Virus record (IMG/VR): IMGVR_UViG_3300049893_001527
Coordinates: 1-61,641 of that record
DNA: 61,641 nucleotides
Strand: one strand, 5' to 3'
DNA from: a virus
Taxonomy: Duplodnaviria > Caudoviricetes
The notes under the pieces were generated by a model. That model did not search any database, had not been told where the DNA came from, and saw only the letters and a list, made by a program, of their open reading frames with translations. How positions within the stretch are numbered: the first letter of the stretch is position 1; every line of letters starts with the position of its first letter. The translations under genes were made by a program, and so were the position numbers. Below, one piece after another: positions 9,938 to 19,325 of this stretch.

Positions 9938-10505
9938 TATTGAGTCCTTATTAACGGTAGAAGAACAGCAAGCATTGCTGAAATGGCGAGCAAATACCAA
10001 TTTGCGACCAATACCGGTGGCTAATGCTTTACAATTATATCAATTGTATTTAAATGGTTATAGTTGTAAAGATATATATAGATTAAATGATGAATCCTTG
10101 CCATTAGGGTCGATAGTGGATGCACGTATTCGTCACGAATGGGACCGCCGCAAGGATGAACACTTAAAGCAATTATACGATACGATTTCCGACAAAGTAT
10201 TAAAAACTCAAATGGAATCAGCGGCATTTTTGGCAGATTCCCTAAGTGCAGCCCACGTAGAACACGGGACAAAATTTAAGAAATACCTTCAAACACACAA
10301 TCCCGAATTCATAGAACAAATAGGCATACATTCCCTAAAGGAATATCGGGAAACCCTTAATGCTTTAACTAATTTAGTAAATAAGCAAACTGCTAAAATA
10401 GAAAAAGAATCCCCAGCCGTCAAAGAGTTGCCGGTCAAGGAACAGCCAGTTGAGCTTGACAACGAAGCTGCGCTTAAGTTATTGGAATCATTAGAGAATA
10501 AGTAA
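9927..10505 (+). CDS. Putative terminase small subunit
   Basis: Immediately upstream of and coupled to TerL; HTH-like N-terminal part (LYLNGYSCKDI), helical. Confidence 0.5.
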   Translation: MSPDIESLLTVEEQQALLKWRANTNLRPIPVANALQLYQLYLNGYSCKDIYRLNDESLPLGSIVDARIRHEWDRRKDEHLKQLYDTISDKVLKTQMESAAFLADSLSAAHVEHGTKFKKYLQTHNPEFIEQIGIHSLKEYRETLNALTNLVNKQTAKIEKESPAVKELPVKEQPVELDNEAALKLLESLENK

Positions 10506-12409
10506 TGGATGATATAGAACGGACAAAACGCAAGGCTTTATTCGTCCCTTGCCAATCCAAGGATTCATTAAAAAGATGGATTAAGATATATTTAGGTCTA
10601 GATATACCCGATACCATACTTTGCGATGACGACACCACTACGCCACCATCCAATTCTAGCCCCATGGATTTATTATGGGAAATATATCATAAGGCATTGG
10701 ATGGTAAAGACGAAGATTTCCAAACAGTTTTGGCTTACGCTGCCCGGGACTCTTATAAAACATTGTCGGCTGCCGTAATGGAAGTGCTTTGTTTGTTCCA
10801 CTTAAGACGTAGCGTAGCCCACATGGCGGCTATTGAATCCCAAGCGGCCAAAGCGGTACAATATGTAGATAAGTTTTTGCGTAGACCGATTTTGAGGGAT
10901 TTCGTTACTTCCAACAACAAAAGAACGGTTGAAATAACTCGTTACGACCACGTTAACTTTAAATATCCTACTTTATCTAAAGCTGAATACGATGCGTTAG
11001 ATATTAGCAAAAAGGGTAGTTATACCGCACATTCTTACTACATTAAAGTAGTTATAGCTACTATGGCTGGTGCGAACTCAGAACACGTACCTTTTATGGT
11101 TTTGGACGAATTAGACTTGGCCCCACCCAAGCCAGTAGAAGAAGCACAAATGATTCCGTCACAGGGGGAAAATGGGGAAGTCCCTATTACTTTAATGATT
11201 TCCAGCCGTAAATTCGCCTTCGGCTTAGTACAGAAAGCATTAGACGAGGCTGAATCAAAGAAAACTATAGTTAGGCATTGGAACTTATTGGATGTAACCA
11301 AAAAGTGTGAACCAACCAGACACCTACCCGAAGAACCTAAAATACCTATATATTATAATGAAAATACTTTAGCGGCTATTAATGAGGCAGATTTTAAGTT
11401 ATTATCACCAGAAACCCAATCAAAATATAAAAAAGCCGAAGGTTTTGCTGGATGCTTAAAGAATTGCTCGTTATTTGCTAGCTGTAAAGGTCGATTAGCC
11501 ACTAAGCCGGTAGGAGATTCTAAATTATATAAGTCTGTAGCGGTTACCAAAGGGGTGTTCCATAAAGTAACAGCAGAAACCGCTAAAGCCCAATTACTTT
11601 GTTGGAAACCATCTAGTGAAGGCTTGATTTACCCCCACTTTGACCGTACCAAACACGTAGTTAGGGCTAGGGCTATGGCGGAACTTATTACAGGAGAACT
11701 ACCGAAAAGCCCATTTTTTAGTAAAGCAGATTTAATTAATTTAATGAAAGCTAGGGGTATGTCTTTTCATTTAGGCATGGACTTCGGCTTTACACACAAT
11801 TTCGCTACAGTTTTAGCGGGTTTAGATGGTCACCGGTTATTTATATTTGACGTACAAGCTGTGGCTGGATTAGAATTAAATGAAAAAATAGGTATTTGTA
11901 AGCCATATTTGGATTATGACCCCACAGTTTATCCAGACCCCGCTTACCCTAGCGACATTAAATCATTTCGCAGGGCTGGCTTTAGGTGTAAGACTTTTAC
12001 CAAAGATATATTAGCTGGAATTGACTCAGTACGTATTAAATTAATGCCGGGTGGTGGCAAAGAACCAGAACTATTTATATTAGGTGGTGACGAAGGTTGT
12101 GAACTATTAGTAGATCGTGTATCAAAATACCATTGGGTATTGGATGATGCGGGTAGGCCAACTGACGTACCAGACGATTCTTTAGATGACGAAGTTGACG
12201 CATTGCGTTATTTGTGTCAAAATTTGTTCGGTCCTAAAGGGAAACCGGTAGCTGCCAGTATTAATCAAACCACCATTACCCAATCCGGGGAATCTACCGT
12301 AATCACTAGGGATAATTGGATGGTGGAGCGTATTAGGACTTTGACGGATGGAAATAGCACTTCAAATATAATAAAAGGCAAGAAGGGCTCCTTTATATTT
12401 GAGGTATAA
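10505..12409 (+). CDS. terL: Terminase large subunit
   Basis: Walker A variant AARDSYKT, Walker B FMVLDE, motif III ISS, nuclease GMDFG and DDEVDALRY. Confidence 0.88.
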   Translation: MDDIERTKRKALFVPCQSKDSLKRWIKIYLGLDIPDTILCDDDTTTPPSNSSPMDLLWEIYHKALDGKDEDFQTVLAYAARDSYKTLSAAVMEVLCLFHLRRSVAHMAAIESQAAKAVQYVDKFLRRPILRDFVTSNNKRTVEITRYDHVNFKYPTLSKAEYDALDISKKGSYTAHSYYIKVVIATMAGANSEHVPFMVLDELDLAPPKPVEEAQMIPSQGENGEVPITLMISSRKFAFGLVQKALDEAESKKTIVRHWNLLDVTKKCEPTRHLPEEPKIPIYYNENTLAAINEADFKLLSPETQSKYKKAEGFAGCLKNCSLFASCKGRLATKPVGDSKLYKSVAVTKGVFHKVTAETAKAQLLCWKPSSEGLIYPHFDRTKHVVRARAMAELITGELPKSPFFSKADLINLMKARGMSFHLGMDFGFTHNFATVLAGLDGHRLFIFDVQAVAGLELNEKIGICKPYLDYDPTVYPDPAYPSDIKSFRRAGFRCKTFTKDILAGIDSVRIKLMPGGGKEPELFILGGDEGCELLVDRVSKYHWVLDDAGRPTDVPDDSLDDEVDALRYLCQNLFGPKGKPVAASINQTTITQSGESTVITRDNWMVERIRTLTDGNSTSNIIKGKKGSFIFEV

Positions 12410-12416
12410 TCTTTAC
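12407..12416 (+). promoter_or_regulatory. Putative late promoter motif (Y)AATCT(W); representative copy of about 15
   Basis: The same motif precedes structural genes at 18791, 19290, 21774, 26887, 30094, 32091, 36624, 37630, 39232, 43803, 50477, 54059, 56024 and on the minus strand at 18762-18766. Confidence 0.75.
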
Positions 12417-12432
12417 CTAGACTGGACAACCC

Positions 12433-13416
12433 ATGCCATTTTTAAACAAATCCACACATATTTTAATTCACGGGGACGATACCGCTACAAATAACCCTCA
12501 AAAAAGGTTTGTTGATTGGCGTAAGGGGTGGTTAGGGGTAACGGTTGAAGACCCCGAATCGGTGCGGGTGACGTTGGTGCCCAACGAAACCAAGACGGTT
12601 TTTAGCGGCACCCGTACCCTAGGCGTTGACGGGACCACGGTGTTTGACCTAGAACTCAACTCCTACACCGATGGATTATACCGATTGCTTTATTCTGCCG
12701 GAACGTTACCGGCATTTAGAACCAACCGTGGTTTAACATTAACTGGCAGTACCGTGGATGTAGCAGTTAATAATAATGCTACTGTTACATTTACTTCTAA
12801 TCCGGTTGGGGGATTTGCCGGGGTAGTAGTAGGAGACATAGTATTTATACCGCATACCACTACCGGGGATTCAGCTAGTCCATTTAATGTAGACAATGTA
12901 GGGGAATGGCAAGTTTTGGCCAATACCGGCACGGTGTTGACGGCTAAAAGATTAGCTGGAACAGATTTTAGTGGGGCAGCCGAATTAGCTGTAGCTATTA
13001 GCAGTAATAGCCAATTCCAAGCATATAGTTCAAGTGGGGTCCAAGTTGGGGACACCCTAGAATTATCTGCCGGGTTTTCAACGGTAACACAAAAGACCTA
13101 TATTGTTTCAACTGTTACCCATAATCGACTAGAGTTTATGTCTACTGAGCCATTACCGTTGGAAACGGGTATTACCCCGGGTGCGGCTGGCATTACAGTA
13201 TATTCTAATGCAAAGCGTTATTTGAAAATAGAAACCGACCAAGAATCAGTTATTAGATTAAATGGCGACACCGGTAATACTAATCGTTTGCAGCCAATGA
13301 TTGTAGCTGATGCCGGTAATATGGCATTTTTCGAAAAATGGGGTCCGGTTTGGTCATTAGTAATAGTAAATCGTTCTAGTTCAGAAATGAATGTAGACCT
13401 AATAATGGCAGAATAA
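12433..13416 (+). CDS. Putative virion structural protein, beta-rich
   Basis: Thr/Gly/Val-rich, between terL and portal, has the late motif; shares a TNR...GDI...NVG.W.V module with the sheath insertion. Confidence 0.6.
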   Translation: MPFLNKSTHILIHGDDTATNNPQKRFVDWRKGWLGVTVEDPESVRVTLVPNETKTVFSGTRTLGVDGTTVFDLELNSYTDGLYRLLYSAGTLPAFRTNRGLTLTGSTVDVAVNNNATVTFTSNPVGGFAGVVVGDIVFIPHTTTGDSASPFNVDNVGEWQVLANTGTVLTAKRLAGTDFSGAAELAVAISSNSQFQAYSSSGVQVGDTLELSAGFSTVTQKTYIVSTVTHNRLEFMSTEPLPLETGITPGAAGITVYSNAKRYLKIETDQESVIRLNGDTGNTNRLQPMIVADAGNMAFFEKWGPVWSLVIVNRSSSEMNVDLIMAE

Positions 13417-13417
13417 A

Positions 13418-15298
13418 ATGGCTAAAACATTACAAGACCAAATAGACGAGGGCTTCAAGCCTAAGCCAGTTAATGTCAAATTTAGCTGGTTAGATCATAA
13501 TGATTTAGCTAAGGCAGAAGAAAAGCATGAGTCCCTAGAAAAGTCGGTGCTGAATTCTTTGGATTCCCTTAAAAGAGGGGAAAAGATACACCGTATAGCG
13601 GTAATGGAAGACCCTAGTAATAGGAATTTCCAAACCTTATGGAAGCCAAAGCGTAATTTATTACCGGACGATGTTTTAAAAAAAATATCGGTACAGGACT
13701 CATTGGTTTCAGCTATTTGGATGGCTAGGGCCAACCATTTAACGGTATTTGGTAGAGAATTACAAGACCGTTTTAGTTTAGGTTATATATTAATGCCTCG
13801 TAAGGGGGTTATGGAAAAGGCTACGGATTCTCAAAAGGAAGAATTGCGTAGTAGAATTAAAAATGCGACTAAGTTGTTGGGGACTTGTGGGTTTACCGAA
13901 GGTTGGTCTAGGGGAGAACAAGAATCCCTACCGGTTTATTTATATAAACAAGCCAAAAATGCATTAATCAATGGTCGATTTGCTACAGAAATCATATATA
14001 CCCGTAAAATGGATGGAACTAGGGTATTTCATGCTTTTAGGTCAGTTGATGCAGGTACAATATATAAAACGGTTCCTAAACTAGAAGCAATAGACCGTAT
14101 TAGACAACAAGCATTGAGTCATTTGCAATCCATCAAGAATGAAAAGTTACAGCCAGAACGTTTCCAAAATGATGAATATGCCTACGTTGAAGTAATAGAA
14201 AACCAACCTAGACAAGCGTTTACGGAAGACGAAATGGTCGTTTGGGATATGTATCCAGTTACGGACTACGAACTTAACGGCTACCCTATTACACCAATTG
14301 ATACAGTAATAAATGATGTAGTAACACACATTAATATAACTACTTATAATAAGTTATATTTCCAAAATGGTCGTGCCGCTAGGGGTATGATTGTAATCAA
14401 GTCTACAGACATATCACCTGATTTGATTACTCAGATCCGTAATCACATGACGGCTAGCATTAATAATGTAAATAACTCTTTCCGAGTACCTGTATTTGGT
14501 GTAGACGTAGAGGATGAAATTAGTTGGCAACCATTTGAGGGCCAAGGTGCCCGGGACATGGAATTCGAGTATTTGTATGATAATAATGCTAGGGCAATAT
14601 TGTCGGCTTTCCAAATTTCCCCTGACGAATTACCGGGTTACAGCCATTTGTCTAAAGGAACCAATAACCAAGCTTTATCAGAATCAAGCAACGAATACAA
14701 AATGGAAGCGGCCCGGGACGTAGGTATTAGACCGCTTTTGCTAAAGTTCCAAGATTTCTTTAATGAAGTAATTATACCTTTAATTGACCCAGTTTTGGCT
14801 CAATTGTGTGTATTGAAGTTTGCTGGCTTGGATGCGGATACAGCCGAAAAGGAATCAACTAGGCTAGCTCAAGACCAACAACTACACATGGATTACGATG
14901 AAATCCGCCTACACGTTGAAAAGGAGCCAGTAGGACAAGAATGGGGTGGTAGGTTCCCACTAAATGCAGCTTATCAAGCTGTTTTGGATAAATATTGGAC
15001 TGTAGGACAAATAAAAGAACACTTCTTTGGTCAAGTGGGGGCCAGCAAAGACCCTAAGTGGGATTATGTAAGAGATCCATTCTGGTTCCAATACCAACAA
15101 CTATTACAAGCTAAAGAGCAAATGGCCCAACAGCAACAACAACAACAAATGCAACAGCAACAAATGCAACAGCCACCCGAAGGTGAGGGGGACCAACCAC
15201 CCGAAGGTGAGGGCGAAGGCCAACCACCCGAGGGTGAATCAGAAATAGCCCAAAAAGCAGACCAAGTGGCACAATTATTAGGTGGAAACAATGGCTAA
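13418..15298 (+). CDS. Portal protein
   Basis: Position; YPITPID, YFQNG.AARG, RDMEF, AF.ISP.E, G.RPLL...QD.FN motifs of phage portals; polyQ/PPEGEG tail. Confidence 0.88.
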   Translation: MAKTLQDQIDEGFKPKPVNVKFSWLDHNDLAKAEEKHESLEKSVLNSLDSLKRGEKIHRIAVMEDPSNRNFQTLWKPKRNLLPDDVLKKISVQDSLVSAIWMARANHLTVFGRELQDRFSLGYILMPRKGVMEKATDSQKEELRSRIKNATKLLGTCGFTEGWSRGEQESLPVYLYKQAKNALINGRFATEIIYTRKMDGTRVFHAFRSVDAGTIYKTVPKLEAIDRIRQQALSHLQSIKNEKLQPERFQNDEYAYVEVIENQPRQAFTEDEMVVWDMYPVTDYELNGYPITPIDTVINDVVTHINITTYNKLYFQNGRAARGMIVIKSTDISPDLITQIRNHMTASINNVNNSFRVPVFGVDVEDEISWQPFEGQGARDMEFEYLYDNNARAILSAFQISPDELPGYSHLSKGTNNQALSESSNEYKMEAARDVGIRPLLLKFQDFFNEVIIPLIDPVLAQLCVLKFAGLDADTAEKESTRLAQDQQLHMDYDEIRLHVEKEPVGQEWGGRFPLNAAYQAVLDKYWTVGQIKEHFFGQVGASKDPKWDYVRDPFWFQYQQLLQAKEQMAQQQQQQQMQQQQMQQPPEGEGDQPPEGEGEGQPPEGESEIAQKADQVAQLLGGNNG

Positions 15299-17471
15299 AG
15301 CAATGGTAATAGACGGTATTGCGGCATCTGAGGCTATAGATAGCTCTGGTGAAATATTGTCTGTTGCCGGATTAGATATTTCTGATTTGGAAGCTGGGCT
15401 AGGAGTATTAAATTACGAACACCGTTCCGAAAAGGATGGTGGTGCATCTAGCAATGATATTATTGGGGCTATTACATACGCCAAGAAAATATTTAAACCA
15501 GAAGATTGTGAAAATCCCCGTCAAAGGATGTATTGGGATAAAATTGAATTACCGTTCGTTTATATTACGGCAGAACTATTTAATGGGGAAGATCATACCG
15601 GGGCCAAAGCCGCCGCTAGTTTAATTAGGTATTACCACCGTAGACACCTACCAATATTAATGCGTTTTAGTATTGAGGGTTCTACAATAGAACGCGAAGG
15701 TAATTTCTTAAAAAGAAGTGTAGCCCGTAGAGTAGCGGCTACCCTAAAGCCTTGTAATAGAAGCTGCATTTCGGGTGTTTTGGAAGATGCAGATGACGTT
15801 AGTTCTTTAGATGAATTGGTTAGGGGGGATTTGCCAACTACCCAAATCAAAAAGTCGGTAGTATATGAATTTGATGCCTTGGTAAAGGATGAAGCCGAAC
15901 TATTGGCCGATAAGTTGGAAAACTTCAAGGAAATCAAATACTTAAACGAGCTACTAATGAAATACAATGTAGCTCCAACACAACTTAATGGTTATAGTGC
16001 ATTACAAACAGAATGGGTTGACGGGAAATCCAAGAAAAAGAAAAAGTTAATAGATACCTATAAGAAATGGGCCCGTAAGGAACCCCTAGAAAAATTCATA
16101 AACCAAGAACACCCGGACGTACCGGCGGACTTGGTTAAATATTTCCTAGATGGGATAGAATCCTACCATAATGGACAAACCGAGTTATTGTATGCCGCGT
16201 TGCATCAATTGAAGCCAAAGTCTGTTTTGATTAAGAACCTAGGGGATTTGTTGGCAAAATTTAACCAATTAGTTAAAACAGTTGGCCCAACTGAAACCAC
16301 CCCTAAAATCCAAACAGACAAACACGGATTACAGGAATTGTCTAAACCAGACGCAGCGGTCCCCGGTAAAATCAAAGTCCATACTGGCCCCTACGCTGGG
16401 AGTGTGCTACACTACCACGGGCCAGACGACCGGGACGGTCATGTTTGTAGTAAAGACCCTGACTCTCATAAGTTTATAATAGACGAAGACCATAAAGTAG
16501 AAATATTAGAACATCCAATTAAACCAGTATTAAGGCATCAAGTACACGGTATAGAACACGCGGTATTCGATAATAATACACCCGAACAAACTAATTTAAT
16601 ACACGGGTTAATATTGAATCCAGACCATCGAGAATACCAACAAGACCGTAGTTTTAGTTCTGGTGGCCTTATCTTTGATCGTTTGGGACAAATGGTTGAC
16701 CCCGGCAAAAGTATTAATGGCAAGCATATTAATCCGTTGACCGGTAAGGCTGTATTTATTAAATCTGATTGGATATCTGATTGGACAGATCCTATTATGG
16801 ATGATTTAAATAGGGTTGCAGCAACTTTGCCAATACCTAAAGCTGAACAAATACACCATGACGCAGCGCATCATTTTTGGGGTACTGGTGCATTGTATCC
16901 AACCTTAACCGCTTTTAAACATCCAGATCATAATTATGTTTCAAAACACTTTGCTGCTTCCGAATTTGTGCCCGGTGAAGAATTGTTTTCCGCAGAACGC
17001 ACACCAGAATTCCAAAATTGGAGATGGAAACCCGAAAACGATGAACTATTAAAGCGTCATATGGTATCTGAAATGATAATGGGGAACACAGATCGTCATG
17101 CCGGTAACATGATTTGGGACAAGGACAGTCAAAAGCTGCATATGATTGATAACGGCTTTATGAATGAACACGCATTATCAACACCGTATTTCTTGCAATT
17201 ATCGGAAATGGACCATGGTTTGCCACAATCAATTAGACAATGGTTACACCAATTAGATTTTAGCAAATTAGATAAATTATTACAAGACCGCCAACTACCA
17301 GACCATTTAAGACGCCAAGTAATGCACCATGCATTGAACGTACAATCCAAGGCAATGCAACCAGTACCTTTGTTATGGCGGGACTTGGTAAATCCAAGAT
17401 TTGACCCCGGTGTGGCGCAGCCAACCAAAGAATCAACCCCTGACGATAGACCATTTAAAAGAAGAAGATAA
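15291..17471 (+). CDS. Prohead protease fused to a C-terminal PI3K/PI4K/HipA-like kinase domain
   Basis: N-terminal D..GE, NYEH (His), FSIEGS (Ser), T.KPCN; C-terminal VFIK...GNTDRHAGN...IDNG. Confidence 0.8.
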   Translation: MAKAMVIDGIAASEAIDSSGEILSVAGLDISDLEAGLGVLNYEHRSEKDGGASSNDIIGAITYAKKIFKPEDCENPRQRMYWDKIELPFVYITAELFNGEDHTGAKAAASLIRYYHRRHLPILMRFSIEGSTIEREGNFLKRSVARRVAATLKPCNRSCISGVLEDADDVSSLDELVRGDLPTTQIKKSVVYEFDALVKDEAELLADKLENFKEIKYLNELLMKYNVAPTQLNGYSALQTEWVDGKSKKKKKLIDTYKKWARKEPLEKFINQEHPDVPADLVKYFLDGIESYHNGQTELLYAALHQLKPKSVLIKNLGDLLAKFNQLVKTVGPTETTPKIQTDKHGLQELSKPDAAVPGKIKVHTGPYAGSVLHYHGPDDRDGHVCSKDPDSHKFIIDEDHKVEILEHPIKPVLRHQVHGIEHAVFDNNTPEQTNLIHGLILNPDHREYQQDRSFSSGGLIFDRLGQMVDPGKSINGKHINPLTGKAVFIKSDWISDWTDPIMDDLNRVAATLPIPKAEQIHHDAAHHFWGTGALYPTLTAFKHPDHNYVSKHFAASEFVPGEELFSAERTPEFQNWRWKPENDELLKRHMVSEMIMGNTDRHAGNMIWDKDSQKLHMIDNGFMNEHALSTPYFLQLSEMDHGLPQSIRQWLHQLDFSKLDKLLQDRQLPDHLRRQVMHHALNVQSKAMQPVPLLWRDLVNPRFDPGVAQPTKESTPDDRPFKRRR

Positions 17472-17921
17472 ATGCTAAATAATATTTTAAGAATCTATGC
17501 TTTAAGGTTTAAGGGGCAAGACCACTATTGGGTACTTGCTGGCAAGGTATTTTTGGACCAACCCAATAAGAAATTAGTATGGTTGGAAGACCATACTGAC
17601 ATAAAATCCTTGTTGGGAGACAGCTTGGACGATACATTTATCAGACGTATCAATTCAATGAATGCCAATGGTAGATTTAAAGTAGTGCCAGAATCCCATT
17701 TACACGTATATCATCCAGAAGCCCTACCTAGACACGATTTAGGGGATTCTGCGCCAGACCATAAGTTCAAAGTAATTGGGCCCGACATAAATGTCATAGT
17801 AGAATTCCATGGCCCCAATGCGGTAATTAACGGGAAAAAGGTATCTGAGGAAGAATTAAAGCCCATAACAGATAAATTAAATAGCGGTGAATATCATTTG
17901 GAGCCATTAAATGCCGTATAA
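17472..17921 (+). CDS. Hypothetical protein in the head module
   Basis: 149 aa ORF abutting the protease gene. Confidence 0.65.
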   Translation: MLNNILRIYALRFKGQDHYWVLAGKVFLDQPNKKLVWLEDHTDIKSLLGDSLDDTFIRRINSMNANGRFKVVPESHLHVYHPEALPRHDLGDSAPDHKFKVIGPDINVIVEFHGPNAVINGKKVSEEELKPITDKLNSGEYHLEPLNAV

Positions 17922-18450
17922 TCCAGATTCCCATACCCCAATGGAACGCCATGCTTTGTATTCCGATTCGGACATACATGGTTTAGGCAATAAATTGGCT
18001 TATGAACTACACACCCAAAGAGCTAACAACACAGGTATTTGGGTCCATATTAAGCCATTATCTGAAACGGTCCCTAATGGGAAATATATAGCCAAACTAA
18101 GTCAAGCGCATAATGGGCATGGATTTAGGTTTAAAGGCAATGATTTTAGGGTATGGTTTCCTAGCACTAAAGAATCGCATCGTTTTACTAGAGCGTATCG
18201 GGCTAGTAAATTACAAGGCCAACACGCTATAGGTATGGGGCATAATGCGAACCAAGCAGAACAATCTCAAATTATAGCAACGGCTGCCTTAAAAGAACCT
18301 AATCACACTAGTATTAAGGCGTTATTAAAGGAAAAGCCCGCAGATTGGTCTGAGGGTAAATCCCACAATGCCATACACCATGAGCCAAAACCACATGATT
18401 TTGGGCTTAATTTAGCTAATCCTTTAAAGAAGCCTGATACAGACGATTAG
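17911..18450 (+). CDS. Degenerate GGDEF-like protein
   Basis: DSDIHGLGNKLAY resembles D.LTGL.NRRAF; FRFKGNDFRV resembles R.GGDEF.V; AIGMG then AEQ..IA.AALK resembles SIG...AD.AL..AK. Confidence 0.5.
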   Translation: MPYNPDSHTPMERHALYSDSDIHGLGNKLAYELHTQRANNTGIWVHIKPLSETVPNGKYIAKLSQAHNGHGFRFKGNDFRVWFPSTKESHRFTRAYRASKLQGQHAIGMGHNANQAEQSQIIATAALKEPNHTSIKALLKEKPADWSEGKSHNAIHHEPKPHDFGLNLANPLKKPDTDD

Positions 18451-18754
18451 CTATTTGTTTACATTTAATACAAATACCGCGGTCTTTATAAAAAGAAGTG
18501 TTATGCAATAAAATTTCGTGGCATTTATTGCACTCCTTAAGACCTTGTTGGGCATTACATTTTTTGCATATATTATTAGAATTTAATGGTTTATGTATTT
18601 TGCAGTTTTGGCATTGTGGATAACGGTGTTTGAAGCGGTATTGTTTAAAACATTGTATACACCATAATTGCACAGGGCGTTCAGTAGTTAAGGATTCGTG
18701 GTATTTGGTTCTAGGCAACAACTGGTTGCAATTTAAGCAAAGATAAGTGTCCAT
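18416..18754 (-). CDS. Cys-rich zinc-ribbon protein (six CxxC), inverted insertion
   Basis: CLNC, CIQC, CQNC, CKKC, CNKC, CIKC; AATCT motif 12 nt upstream of ATG. Confidence 0.7.
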   Translation of the reverse strand: MDTYLCLNCNQLLPRTKYHESLTTERPVQLWCIQCFKQYRFKHRYPQCQNCKIHKPLNSNNICKKCNAQQGLKECNKCHEILLHNTSFYKDRGICIKCKQIANRLYQASLKD

Positions 18755-18824
18755 AAACCGTAGATTCAGTTTTTGTCAATGAGATTGTGGCAATCTAAGG
18801 TTTAGTTCAATAGGAGAACTTATC

Positions 18825-19292
18825 ATGGCTTATAAATCAAAGAAGGCATCAGCAACCATGCGTCAATTGAAGGACGACCTTGGTCAACGTTTGGGTTCCA
18901 CTTTTACACTAACTGAAAGTGTTGGCGTATCAGACAATTATCCTACACTAGTAGTTGGCGACGCTACCCCAGCAGCCGGTGAAGATGGTTGTTTTATTAA
19001 AATTGGTCCCGAAGATGGCGTAGTACAAGCTCTAAACGCGGTTGGTGGTACACAAGACGTATTTACCCCACATATCGTACACGTAGCGTTTGAACAATCT
19101 GCCGTATTGGGACAAACCCTTGCCAGCATGGCGTTCGTAACCCGTGTTCTTTCACACCTATTAACTTTGGGTATGAAGGTCAAGGTATACCACTCTGCTA
19201 ACGGTGTATTCCCGGTAGAAGGTACATTGATTGCTGGTAACCTAAAGGTAACTATCGATCAATTGTGGCACCCACTAACTCAAACGTTGTAA
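18825..19292 (+). CDS. Putative structural (head-associated) protein
   Basis: Late motif plus strong RBS (TAGGAG); codon usage looks like that of the major capsid gene. Confidence 0.6.
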   Translation: MAYKSKKASATMRQLKDDLGQRLGSTFTLTESVGVSDNYPTLVVGDATPAAGEDGCFIKIGPEDGVVQALNAVGGTQDVFTPHIVHVAFEQSAVLGQTLASMAFVTRVLSHLLTLGMKVKVYHSANGVFPVEGTLIAGNLKVTIDQLWHPLTQTL

Positions 19293-19325
19293 TCTTAGTG
19301 GCAGTAGATTACACGGGGTTTGGGT

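Noticed and set aside
10505-12409. Intein or intron in the terminase
   Set aside because: No C...HN splice motifs or LAGLIDADG blocks; the frame is continuous
18750-18780. Minus-strand TTGACA as a sigma70 promoter for 18754
   Set aside because: No -10 box at 16-18 nt spacing before the ATG; the AATCT motif explains the start better
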